Positions 49,204 to 61,677 are shown, counted from the first letter of the stretch. The stretch is 64,000 nucleotides of DNA from Octopus sinensis (GCF_006345805.1 NC_043010.1:66154001-66218000), one strand, 5' to 3'. Notes: a model not told the origin generated them from the letters alone. Numbers and translations are program-made.

Positions 49204-49744
49204 CTGCAATAAGAGAAGTAGGAGGAAAAGAAAGGGATTAAAAACAATTCTTTATGGAACAAAAAATGTCAAAGCAAACAAAATTATAAATAATCCTTTC
49301 TTCAAATATTCAAATAGGCACAAGGTGTGAACCTTTGGGAGGGGCTTAGTCAATTACAGCGACCCCAGTGCTCAACCTCAAAGGATGAAAGACAAAGTCA
49401 ACCTCAGTGACAGTTGAACTCAGAATGTAGAATCATCATCATCATCATCATCATCGTTTAATGTCTGTTTTCCATGCTGGCATGGGTTTGACGGTTTGAC
49501 TGGAGACTGGCAAGCCAGGAGGCCGTACCAGGCTCCAATCTGATCTGGTAATGTTTCTACAGCTGGATGCCCTTCTTAATGCCAACCACTCCATGAGTGT
49601 AGTGGGTGCTTTTACATGTCACTGGCATGGGAGCCAGTCAGACGGCACTGTATCAGTCACAACTACAATTTCCATTTGATTGTGATTTGATTTTGATTTA
49701 CTTTTCGTTCAGTACTCTTACAATTCTGCCAGCTTGCTGCTTTA

Positions 49745-49968
49745 ACCCTTCAGTGTTCATATTATTCTGCTAAAATTAATGTTTTTTTATCCTTGTTGTT
49801 TTGAACTAATAATACATTATCTTGTAGCTATGAGATTTTGATGAGGTAGCTGCTAATTTTTAAAATGATATTGTAGGGTTGGTGTGAGAGACCAGATCTG
49901 GTCAGTTTGAACATAAAACAGGTTGAATACTTTTGGCTGGATATGGCCGGTTTAAATGCTAAAAGGGT
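49745..49968. mobile_element. Second TTAA-type MITE family (also about 53770-53998, 22810-23272 interrupted, 15787-15876 partial)
   Basis: ttaacccttcag...atgctaaaagggttaa termini and a shared interior. Confidence 0.7.
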
Positions 49969-50599
49969 TAATAAAACTATAAATAATGATTACAGAATTT
50001 GGCCAGCAATCTGGAGTGGGGGATGCTAATTGATTCCATCAACCCTAGTGTTCAACTGATACTTATTTTATCAGCCTTGAAAGGAACAAAAAGCAAAGTC
50101 AACCATGGCAGAATTTGAACTCAGAACGCAAAGACAGACAAAATGCCACTACACATTTTGTTCAGCACGCTAACGCTTCTACCAGCTGCCTTAATATACT
50201 TATAATGATTTCAAAGTTTTGGCACAAAGCCAGTAATTTGGGGTGGGGGTGGTGGGGTGGGGGCAAATGGATTCCATCAGCCCCAGTGTTCAACTGAATC
50301 TTATTTTATTGACCCCCAAAAGGAATGAAAGACAAAGCCAAGCTCAGCAGAATTCGAACTCATAATAAAAAGATAGATGAAATGCCCTAGGAACCTTTTT
50401 GCAGAACCCTAGGCTTCCAAGGAGCTCCAGTTGAGAAACGCAGTTCTAAATTCCAATGAATTTAAAGTAATTAATTGTATTATAATTTTTTTCTTTTTTT
50501 TTACATATTTTTTTTTTATATTTGCATAAATTTCACTTCAGAGAATATCTGTTGGTAGTGGAGTACTCTGGATAATAGGGGTCAATGTGATAGCTGTTG

Positions 50600-51065
50600 A
50601 GGTGGTGGTGGTGGTGGAAATGGAGGGATCAGGGTGGTAGCTCCTGTGTTTAAGTGGTTGTGATGACAGTTGAGTGTGGTGGTGGTAGTGGGTGATGGTA
50701 GTAGTAATAGTTATTCTGATACCAGTCAAGGTAGGAGTAGTTGTAACAGTAGTGATAGTGACAGGTGGTGTCATAATTATTACCAAAGGTGGTGGTGGTG
50801 GTGGTGGTAGTGGAGGTGATGGTGGTATTAATGGTGGTTATTCTGATTGGAGTAGTAATAGTAGCAGTGGTTATAGTAATAATGGTAGTAATTTTGATGA
50901 TAGTAATCTTGGTGGTAGGTGCTTGTGGGTGGTTATTTTGGTTGAGTCGATAGTAATTATACTAATTTTGGTGGTGGTGGTGGTGTAATAGTCAATAGCT
51001 GAAACGATTGTAACAACAACAATAAAAATTATGGCGATGTTGATGATGATGGTGATTATGATGTC
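50600..51065. repeat. GGT/AGT/GAT trinucleotide low-complexity region
   Basis: Direct reading. Confidence 0.85.
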
Positions 51066-52309
51066 GAAGGCACACAACCCAATATAATTATTTCCTCGTT
51101 AATAGAAATATAGTGATTAGCAGCAGCTATCACTGCCCAGGTGTGTGTCATCAGGTCTAACCTGAGGCTACTCAACAATGCCTTAATTACAATAATATAC
51201 TGAAATATATTAATATATTTTACATGGTAATTATATACTATGGCAATAAAGACAAATGTGAAGCAGCATGGGAGCTTCTATACAGATGCTCAAACTGCTA
51301 GAAATAGCAGCTAAATATCCTTCAACTAATAACCTACAGTTGAGAAAAAAAAATGGCTATTGTTCTGTATACACAATGCCTGCAAAAAAAAGATAATACT
51401 AATCCTTTCTACTATAGGCACAAGGCCTGAAATTTGGGGTGGAGGTTAGTCGATTACACTGATCCCAGTACTCAACTGGTACTTATTTCGTCGACCCAGA
51501 ATGGATGAAAGGCAAAGTTGACCTCGGTGGAATTTGAACTCAGAGTGTAAAAACGACGAAATGCTACTAATCATTTCGCCTGGTGTGCTAGTAATTTTGC
51601 TAGCTTGCCACCTCTGGTGATCATGATGATGATGCTCATTTACAACCATCATGAGATGGGTACACACACATATATACAATGGGCTTCTTTCAGCTTCTGT
51701 TTATCAGATGCATTCGCAAAGCTTTGGCTGGCCTGGGGCTATAAAGACATTTGCCAAAGATGCTGGGCAGTGGGACTGAACCCGAGACCACATGGGTAGG
51801 AAGCATGCTCCTTAACCACACAGTCTCACTTGAACCCCACAACAATGGGGGAAAACAAAAAAGGGAAACGTACACATTGTACAAAGAATTGCACAAATGA
51901 AATGTCTGAAGATAAAGATGACATGATGGTCACATGTGGATTGCTTTTGGCCATAGTTTTACTGCATCAGATTTGACCTGGGGTTAACATTTTACCACTT
52001 TACTCAAAATCAAAGCCAGTAACAGAGCTAGTATTGGGGGGGGGGGGGGCAATGAGGGCTGTCCACCACCTTGAGCAATGTTTTAATGGGAGCAACGCTT
52101 TTGGGCTGCTGTATAAGCTTGTAGAGGGGCTGGAGAGGGGTAAGCTCAAGGGCTGCACCAGGTGGAAAACATTTTGCGGCACCACTGATCAAAAGAGTAA
52201 ACACAAAAAGCAATAAAAACAAAGAAACAAATTTTTTTTTTCAAAGCAAAAGATTAAAAAAAAAAGTATCATACACACTCCAAACTGAAATATTTCTCCA
52301 AGATCTCAC

Positions 52310-52512
52310 CTTAACGAGCCAGTAAGGATTTGATATGATAGGCAGCAATTTCAGTAGAATATTTATACACAGATCTGAATGAGCGGAGACCATGAGGTTC
52401 GACAAGCACACTTGAAGAGCAAGAAGGCCTTGCCGAGCTGCCATCGACGATTCGTCTTCAATGATGTTCAATATTACTTGAACAAGATCAACGACGGAAG
52501 GATACGATAATG
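52310..52512 (-). CDS. HTT: HTT exon 7 in window (203 nt, phase 1 to 0)
   Basis: LSYPSVVDLVQVILNIIEDESSMAARQGLLALQVCL...NPYWLVK; aatttcag / gtgaga. Confidence 0.93.
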
Positions 52513-54515
52513 CTGAAATTAAGGAAAATAGAAATTAAAAAATGAGGAAATAAGGGTTAGGCTTGCATTTATATTTTTCTTAATGTTTTTGCTACAGTCA
52601 ACAGTGTAGGTCAACAACTTGAGTTAAAAATTTTAGCCAGCTATTACTATTCAGATAATGTTACATGTTACACAAAGTAGACACTTTGAGTCTTTCTTAA
52701 ACAGAGTCAAGACTATTGAAAAGGTTGCAAGACACAACGAAAATTTTAGGAAAATAAAAATAAGAAAAAAAGGGGAAATTTTACCGGTGAGTGTATTAAA
52801 TTATAAGGCACCAAAAGAAAATGACTCTCCCCAGACACAACAGAATATGCTTCAACACACGAACTCATATAAAGAATCTTGCAAACCAAATCCCAAAACG
52901 AAATATATCTACAGAATATTCTTTAATATCTCATCATCAACATCATTTAACAAAATTTCCATGCAATCACGGGTCAGGCAGTTTGATAGAAAGAGGTAAG
53001 TCAGAAGACTACACCATGCTCTACCGTCATCGCCACAGCTGCTGCCATTGCCACCACCACCACCACTTAATGCCCATTTTCCATGCTGGCAAGCCAGAGG
53101 GCTGCACCAGGCTCTAGTCATCTCTTTTGACATGGTTTCTACGGCTGAATGCCTGTTTTTTTTTACATGGTACCACCATGGGTGATTTTGTACGTGGGTA
53201 CCAGCACAGGTGCTTCTTTAAGTGATTCCAGCATGGATGCTTTTCACATGGGTGCCATTTACTCAGTGCCAGCACAGGTGCTTTTTGTGTGACGCTGACA
53301 TGGGACCCTTTTTATGTGACACAAATACCCAAAGGGTTGCCAAGTAGCTTGCAAGACAAGGACATCTTAGTTGAGAGAAGGAGAGGAACCCAGAGAACTG
53401 GCCTAATGCCAACCCCTTTGCAGGGTGGTCTGGGGTGCTTTTTCTTGTGCTACCACCACAAATAACTTGCAGGACAAGACCCCTCAACTGGGTGCAATAG
53501 TTTTGAGAAGCAATAAAAGTAAAACATAGCTACCTCAGAAGTAGAGAGAGAGGAGAGAAAGATGGTGAAGATGGGACAGAGAGGAGGGAGGGGTTGAACA
53601 CCCAAGTTATAGTGTTGTATATATTGGAGAGGGCTAGTGGAGAGGGTGGGCAGACGGGTCATTCCTTGACTCAATCAAATCATATCAAAGTTTTTAGGCT
53701 TGAGTTGCTAATTTTCTGTTTCATTGAAATATATGTTGTCACACACACACACACACACACAAATATATGTTTAACCGTTCAGCATTCAAATTTCTTTGTC
53801 TAATGTCTGATGCTTATTTATTCACATTGTTTTGAATTATCCATGCTTTATCTTGTAACTTTGAGATTTTGCTGATGTTATTGCTTATTTTAATAATGAC
53901 ATTGCAGGGTAAGTGTGAGAGACCAGATTGGACAGGTTTGAACAAATAAAAAGTAGAATATTTTGGCCGGATACGGACGGTTTAAATGCTAATGGTTAAC
54001 ATACACACATGAGCACAGGCATGGCTGTATGCTTAAGCTTGCTTCCCAACCATATTGTTTCAGATGCAGTCCTATTGCGCAGCACTTTGGACAAGTGTCT
54101 TCTACTGTAGACTTAGACTAATCAATGCCTTATAAGTGAATTTGATAAGCAGTACTGGAGCTGATTGCTTGACTGTGTATCCAAGGCATTGGCTGGCCCA
54201 GGGTTATAGTAAATGGTGTTATAGCCAGGGTTATAGTCCAAGGTGCCGCACAGTGGGACTGAACCTGAAGCCATGTGGTTGGAAAGCAAGCTTCTTAATC
54301 ACACACCTGGTCATGGCTGAAACACCTCTGATTGATTATAAACCTACTCAGTCAGATATGACTTGTGACTAAACAACAAATTCAAAGTCAAAAAGGAAGT
54401 TGGCTTTAGAACCTAAAATACTGGAACCTTTGAACCCATCTGATCTAAAACCCCTTCATTTGTGTGACATCTATAAAAATACAAAATCCCGACAGAAACA
54501 AGCAACAAGACAAAC

Positions 54516-54689
54516 CTTTCTCTGAGAGGGATGAACTGTTATGTTCCAACCACTTCTGGAAATCTCCTTGCCCTTCAATCAAAGCACTGCGCAGTAAATT
54601 TGCCACAATCACTGCAGTGTTTCCCTTTAACTGTGGATCGGGGTGGTTGGCAAAAAGTAACACATCACTGATATACTGACTCTCTCGAC
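54516..54689 (-). CDS. HTT: HTT exon 6 in window (174 nt, phase 1 to 1)
   Basis: RESQYISDVLLFANHPDPQLKGNTAVIVANLL...SLSEK; tttgcag / gtttgt. Confidence 0.93.
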
Positions 54690-55014
54690 CTGCAAAATGA
54701 TGGAAATTTTAGCATTTGTAGACAAAAGGAAACTTTAAAATAGCATATGAGCATCCACTAATGTTCTGAGAGAAAATCATTACCATTAAAACATACCAAA
54801 TAATACAAACACTTTATTGTTTAGCTGAGAATGTTAATAATAATGATCCTTTCTATTATAAGCTCAAGACCTAAAATTTTTAGACTGGTGGGAGGGGGGA
54901 GGCACTAGTCAATTTGATCAACTTCAGTGCTAAACTTGTACTTATTCTGCTGACCCCAAGTGGTTGAAAGGCAAAGTCAAACTTGGCAGATTTGAACTCA
55001 GAATATAAAGGCAG

Positions 55015-55426
55015 CGAGCTGGCAGAAATGTTAGCACGCCGGGCGAAATGCTTAGCAGTATTTCGTCTGCCACTATGTTCTGAGTTCAAATTCCGCCAAG
55101 GTCGACTTTGCCTTTCATCCTTTCGGGGTCAATTAAATAAGTACCAGTTACGCACTGGGGTTGATGTAATCGACTTAATCCGTTTGTCTGTCCTTGTTTG
55201 TCCTCTCTCTGTGTTTAGCCCTTTGTGGGTAGTAAAGAAATAGGTATTACGTCTGCTGTTACATTCTGAGTTCAAATTTCACCGAGGTTGACTTTGCCTT
55301 TCATCCTTTCGGGGTCGATTAATTAAGTACCAGTTACGCACTGCGGTCGATGTAATCGACTTCATCCCTTTGTCTGTCCTTGTTTATCCCCTCTATGTTT
55401 AACCCCTTGTGGGCAATAAAGAAATA
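55015..55426 (+). mobile_element. Tandem family-B dimer inside an opposite-strand B copy, with one 15-bp TSD
   Basis: TSD agaatataaaggcag at 55000-55014 and 55427-55441. Confidence 0.85.
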
Positions 55427-56563
55427 AGAATATAAAGGCAGACAAAATACTTAACAGCATTTTGTCTGGCATACTAACAATTCTACCAGCTCACCACTCT
55501 GATATTAACAATAATATTAATAATAATAATAATCCTTTCTGCTACAGGCACAAGGCCTGAAATTTTGGAGGAGAGAGATAGTCGATTACATCAACCCCAG
55601 TGCATTACTGGTACTTATTTTATTGACCCTGAAAATATGAAAGGCAAAGTCAACCTCGGCGAAATATGAACTCAGAACATAAAGATGGATGAAATGCTGC
55701 TAAACATTTTGCCCAGCATGATAACAATTCTGCCAGCTCCCTGCTTTAATAATAATAGTAATAATAATAATCCTTTGTACTAAAGGCACAAGGCATGAAA
55801 TTTGTGGAGAGGGGACTAGTTGATTACATCAACCCCAGTATTTCACTGGTACTTAATTTATCAAGCCCGAAAGGATGAAAGGCAAAGTCGACCTCGGCGG
55901 AATTTGAACTCAGAACATAAAGATGAGCAAAACACCACTAAGAATTTTGTCCAGCATGCTAACGATTCTGCTAGAATAATAATAATAATAATCATCATCA
56001 TTATCGTTTAATGTCCGTTTCCCATTGTTTAACAACTCCTTTCCATGCTAACGTGGGTTGGACGGTTTGACTGAGGTCTGGAGAGCCAGTGGCTGCACCA
56101 GACTCCAATCTTGATCTGGCAATGTTTCTATAGCTGGATGCCCTTCCTAATGCCAACCACTCTGAGAGTGTAGTGGGTGCTTTTTATGTGCCACTGGCAC
56201 AGGAACAAGTCAGGTGGGCAGAAGTAGTGGGGGAGCATCATAGCCATGTGTTGAGAGGGATTCTTTGGGGTTTGAATAATTCACCTCTGGAAACATGGGT
56301 GTTTCGTTCAACATCCTTAAACAACCCTTATTCAGGAACCTTTTCAGCAGGATGGGCTACTCGACCAGAAGAAAATTCTAAATGGAACCCACCTGCAAGG
56401 TCATGTGCTGTTTATCTTGATATGAGATCACCATGTCGCGCACATATGGTTGTGATGCATGTGCCTAGTGTACCCTTATCAGACGGGTAGTCATGATGGG
56501 TATACTGGGCTTCGTATATTTTACCCCAGTGTCACTTTGATGGCATGCTCTGCTCTCTCACTC

Positions 56564-56622
<59 letters not shown>

Positions 56623-56632
56623 TTGAACTTAC

Positions 56633-57442
56633 ACTGATGATTTTCAACAAACACATTGTGGAGTAAGATTCGAGGAAATAAAGAAATAGCATTGCCAATC
56701 GTACCAAGGGCTAAAGTTTTCACACTGACACGGACAGTCTTGTCTGAAATTAGACCCTGAGGTGTACCAGAGAGTAAGAAACGACGACATAAGAGACGTA
56801 TACAGTAGACTAAAGGAACCTCGCCATCACAATAATGTCCCACACCAGGGGGTACATCATCAACTACGACTACCACTGCTGGTATGGGAGACGGTGATGC
56901 TGATTCATGCGAAGTTGTGTCAATCGTCAATGCATTATCATATTCAGGGTTTCCATTCAAGTCCTGGCTGACTCCCTTTTGTAGAGGGGGCCGGTGTTTA
57001 GGGCTCAGGCTTTTGATGCTCAACAAAGTCTCTACACTGCTGCTGTGAGAAAGGGTCGAGCGTTCAGATCGCTCCTCATTCAAGTCTCCAATTTCAACGT
57101 TCGTGTAAGCGTTTTCCATCGTTATGATCACTGGATCGAGAGTATTTTCACTGAAGGAGCCGACAGATGCTGCTGCAGTGGATTCTAAATCTGTAGAGAA
57201 TGTTCCTTCATTGGGCAGTTCTTCATCAAGGTCGGCATTGAAACACACATTATTCGACCTATTGCTACCACTCCTGGCATGCGCACTTCCTGCTTCATCC
57301 ACTTGACTTGTCGAGGAAGCAAAATCAGATGCGAAGCCAGATGAGTCTTCGGACGTCGTGATTTGACTGTAAATTTCAGCTGCAGATTGATCTTCTTCCA
57401 AACCAACATCATCACTGACCGATGGAAAACGCTCCAAACCAC
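56633..57442 (-). CDS. HTT: HTT exon 5 in window (810 nt, phase 1 to 1): acidic/Ser-rich linker plus start of the next HEAT block
   Basis: GLERFPSVSDDVGLEED...VPLVYCIRLLCRRFLLSG...VRVSVKTLAL...ENHQ; cattttag / gtaagt. Confidence 0.93.
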
Positions 57443-57949
57443 CTAAAATGCAAAAGCAGAATTTAGTGTCATTGTTTATACAATTTATACAAAATACATA
57501 CAAATTTCACTCAATTTCTCATCATAGTTCATGGAGTAAATATCATACATACATACATAAATATAAGTTCAGCAAAAATTTAGATTCAAATGAATATGGT
57601 ACTTAATTTAGATGCACCAGAATTCTGTATGGTGTTATCCATAAAAATCCGTGGGGTGATTATAATCAAAATTTTAATTATACATAAATATATATACATA
57701 CATATATATATATATATGTATATTATTTTCTTTTCTTGTTTCTTTCTGTGAAAGAGCATAGGTTCAAAACATTAAAGACTTTTTCACTTCCCGACTGCTA
57801 AACTAATACATATGTTTGTTGTCTACACCACCCGTCTTCGTCTTTTGTTTTTTTTGTGAATCCATCCATCCATACATACATACATATAAGAATAATAGAA
57901 AATGGAGACAAATTCCCAAGATGTTATTAAACCATTAATATCACCAAAT

Positions 57950-57992
57950 CACCAACATATGTTTCAATAGATGCATCAATCTCATCAGGGAG
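57950..57992 (-). ncRNA. Partly degenerate type I hammerhead motif (HTT-sense strand)
   Basis: CUCC CUGAUGA gauugaugcaucuauu GAAAC AUAU GUU GGUG; palindromic stem III ACAUAUGU; one mismatch in each of stems I and II. Confidence 0.5.
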
Positions 57993-58042
57993 GACATAAA
58001 CAAGTGTTCATCAATAAGTCATTTTTACAAATGTAAGAAACT

Positions 58043-58077
<35 letters not shown>

Positions 58078-58880
58078 TCTTCCTCTGGATCTTTCCTTGC
58101 AAATTGAACATTCATATATATATATAAATGGCAAAATGTATGTGTGTGTGTGTGTGTATCCTTTATACAAATCCACAATTTTTCAGTTAGAGGGCTCGCA
58201 CTTTCTATGGTCATTCAAAACCGTCCAAGGGTGGTTGTGCACATCTTAACATTTCCCCAGTCACCCAGCAAAGCCATTAAAAAATCAATAGAAGTGAGAC
58301 TTTTTTGTGAATTTTCTATCCAAAACCCAATCAAAATGCCCGAAACTTGATACCCCAATTGAATGCCAGCTAGCTGTATGTAATTGGTTGGAGATTTGGA
58401 CAGTACTCACATGTATGTGCGCACGCACGAAGCTCTGTATATGCGTGCACTAGCACTATGACCTGGTGTTACCGGGTTATATTGCTAGTATATACATATA
58501 TATATATATCACGTGATCACGTGACCGACCAGACTATCAGATGTTGCTACACATCGCTGGTCACAATGCATTGTTTTAGCCTTCGAACGACGCCACCCCG
58601 CTGGCTAAGCAAGCAGGCCAACAGAAGAAAGAGAGAAAGAGTGGTGAAAGAGTACAGCAGGGATCACCACCCCCTGCCGGAGCCTCGTGAAGCTTTTAGG
58701 TGTTTTCGCTCAATATAAACACAACGCCCGGTCTGGGAATCGAAACCGCGATCCTACGACTGCGTGTCCGCTGCCCTAACCACTGGGCCATTGTGCCTTC
58801 ACACACATATCTATCTATATATATATATCTATATCTATATATATATATATATACTTTATTTTAAGCAGCAGAAAATTCAA

Positions 58881-58930
58881 CAAAATCTGTTACTCTGAGT
58901 TTCTCGTTGCCGTTCATCAGACAGTTTTTG
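58881..58930 (-). ncRNA. Minimal type I hammerhead ribozyme motif (left end of the palindrome, HTT-sense strand)
   Basis: Exact reverse complement of 59874-59923; predicted cut between 58891 and 58890. Confidence 0.75.
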
Positions 58931-59873
58931 CTAGAATGGAACATATATATTAATTCAATCTATACTCTTACAAACGCTACACCTTTAAAAAGAAATGGAC
59001 TTGTTTGATTGGCCCTTTAGAAAAAACGGTCAATCTTCGAGCGATAAACAAAAAGGTCAAAAATATATGTATATATATATAAAAAAACTTATAAAAATTA
59101 TAAAATCCGAGGAAAAAACCTATTGCCGTTAATGAAGACAGTACAAATTAATGCATAGAAATTAAACCTGTTATAAATACTGCAATACATATTTATATTA
59201 AAATCCACATATATATATCAACATACACAAAAGGATGCGCGTAAACGCCATACATACATATACAGACGTATGAATATGAATCTAAATATACACATAAAAG
59301 CATGTGTACATATATTCACGCAAACCGTCTCGCACGCAAGCTAAAATTCATCTATGTAGCAATTCTCATATACTGAGCAAGGAGGGGGAATTATATGAGA
59401 ATTATATGAGGGGGAAGTATATGAGAATTGCTACATAGATGAATTTTAGCTTGCGTGCGAGACGGTTTGCGTGAATATATGTACACATGCTTTTATGTGT
59501 ATAATTTAGATTCATATTCATACGTCTGTATATGTATGTATGGCGTTTACGCGCATCCTTTTGTGTATGTTGATATATATATGTGGATTTTAATATAAAT
59601 ATGTATTGCAGTATTTATAACAGGTTTAATTTCTATGCATTAATTTGTACTGTCTTCATCAACGGCAATAGGTTTTTTCCTCGGTTTTTTCCTCGGATTT
59701 TATAATTTTTATAAGTTTTTTTATATATATATACATATATTTTTGACCTTTTTGTTTATCGCTCAAAGATTGACCGTTTTTTCTAAAGGGCCAATCAAAC
59801 AAGTGCAATTTCTTTTTAAAGGTGTAGCGTTTGTAAGAGTATAGATTGAATTAATATATATGTTCCATTCTAG

Positions 59874-59923
59874 CAAAAACTGTCTGATGAACGGCAACGA
59901 GAAACTCAGAGTAACAGATTTTG
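59874..59923 (+). ncRNA. Minimal type I hammerhead ribozyme motif (right end of the 1.1-kb palindrome)
   Basis: caaaaa-CUGU CUGAUGA a-CG-GCAA-CG-a GAAAC UCAGA GUA ACAG-auuuug. Stem I CUGU/ACAG extends past one mismatch; stem III is the quasi-palindrome ACUC-A-GAGU; predicted cut after 59913. Confidence 0.75.
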
Positions 59924-60019
59924 TTGAATTTTCTGCTGCTTAAAATAAAGCATATTACTCTACCACTGGTATTTGAGTACACTTTTTTCCACCTTGTTTC
60001 ACATTTATGTGTTTACTCC

Positions 60020-60065
<46 letters not shown>

Positions 60066-60333
60066 TATATATATATGAGTCTGCAACAAGCACGTTGCTT
60101 CATTCAACAACATTATTCATATGTAAAGAGTCCTTTGAGCTTGTCCAAGCTTTCAGTTTTGATGGGTGTCCCCTACCTCCACGTAAGAACATACAATTTG
60201 AATCATCAAGAAGTATTAACAAGAAGCATTACACGAGTTAAAAGAAGAATAGGAGCAAAACGAAAGCAGATCTGATAACTTGTGAGAGAGAGAGAGAGGT
60301 TGGGTTCAAGGCTGAGACCAACCTGTAACTTAC

Positions 60334-60529
60334 TCTGAGTCCGAGGTCGTGTATAGACTGTGCTTAGATCGTTGGAGTAAACTGATGACCGCTTGATGGT
60401 GTTCTTGTTCACTAAGATGGGAATTAGCTGAGGTGGTGGCGTTTTGATTAATTGATGAAGACCTTCAAGGGCAGCAGTGGCAACGTTGTGGTCAGTATGA
60501 CCCGTGAAGTATAACAACAACTCGTACAC
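60334..60529 (-). CDS. HTT: HTT exon 4 in window (196 nt, phase 0 to 1)
   Basis: [35 protein letters not shown]...RPRTQ(S); ttttcag / gtaagt. Confidence 0.93.
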
Positions 60530-60592
60530 CTGAAAATATTGCATCAATATTAATATCTATTACATACATACACATACTTAATACATACATAC

Positions 60593-60623
<31 letters not shown>

Positions 60624-61677
60624 TATAATATATATATATATATTATATATATATATATATATACATACATATATATATATATATACATATATATATATCA
60701 TCATCATTTAGCGTCCGTTTTCCATGCTAGCATGGGTTGGACGGTATATATGTATATATATATTTATTTATAATTATATACATACATTCATATAAATGAT
60801 TTAGTGTATAGAAGAGATTATAATCCAAGCTGTGTCCTCGTGAAGCACATCAGACATAGGGTCGAGAATAGGGGGTGGAAGAGGAGCATGCAGACTCCTA
60901 AAATTTGGAGTGGGGGCAATGACAATGCTCCAAACACACTCCTACAAATATTCATTGCCCAAACAAATGAGCGTTGGATTTATCTGATTTGATCGATAAT
61001 AATAATAAAAAAAAGACCATAACCAGTTGAGCATGTCCTTTAGGGGCGAACGATATGTGCATCTCTGATCACGAGCAGAAGTAGTGGGGGAGCATCATAA
61101 CCATGTGCTGAGAGGGATTCTTTGGGGTTTGAATAATTCACCTCTGGAAACATGGGTGTTTCATTCAACATCCTTAAACAACCCTTATTCAGGGACCTTT
61201 TCAGCAGGATGGGTTACTCAACCAGAAAAAAATTCTAACTGGGCCCCACCTGCAAGGTAATGTGCTGTTAATCTTGATATGGGATCACCATGTCGCATAC
61301 ATATGGTTGTGATGCATGTGCCTAATGTACCCTTATCAGACGGGTAGTCATGATGGGTATACTGGGCATACACACACACACAATGAGCTTTTTTCAGGTT
61401 TCATTTACCAAATCCACTCACAAGGATTTGGTTAGCCCAAAACTATAGCAGAAGACACTTGCCCAAGGTGCCTTGCAGTGGGAATGAACCCAGAACCATG
61501 TGATTGGGAAGCAAACATCTTACCACACACCTGTGCCTGCACCTATAAATAAACAGAGGAATTCAGTATTTCTACACAGTGAATCATGTTTTGATTAATC
61601 TACATCCTGTATTTTACAACATCACCTTGAATATCCATTCTCGAAAGACGGTAAAAACGAAACCAAAAATGTCATAC

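Larger units (their letters stand above)
58854..59950. repeat. Long inverted repeat: arms 58854-59374 and 59416-59950, 41-nt spacer
   Basis: Arms are reverse complements with about 5 differences, including a 12-nt duplication ttttttcctcgg in the right arm; (TA)n-rich tracts lie nearby on both sides. Confidence 0.95.

Noticed and set aside
56562-56632. Poly-Tyr C-terminus of the 313-aa ORF
   Set aside because: Intronic (aat)n read-through past the gtaagt donor.
57745-57845. Possible decayed hammerhead remnants (gagcataggttcaaaacatta)
   Set aside because: Core nucleotides are missing; cannot be supported from this copy.
57443-60333. Hidden micro-exons equivalent to small human exons
   Set aside because: Flanking phases already match and I found no convincing candidate; RNA-seq would be needed to exclude them.
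2097-61540. tRNA-like sequences with A/B boxes
   Set aside because: Each continues into SINE core and tail, and none shows a full cloverleaf, so they are not called as tRNA genes.
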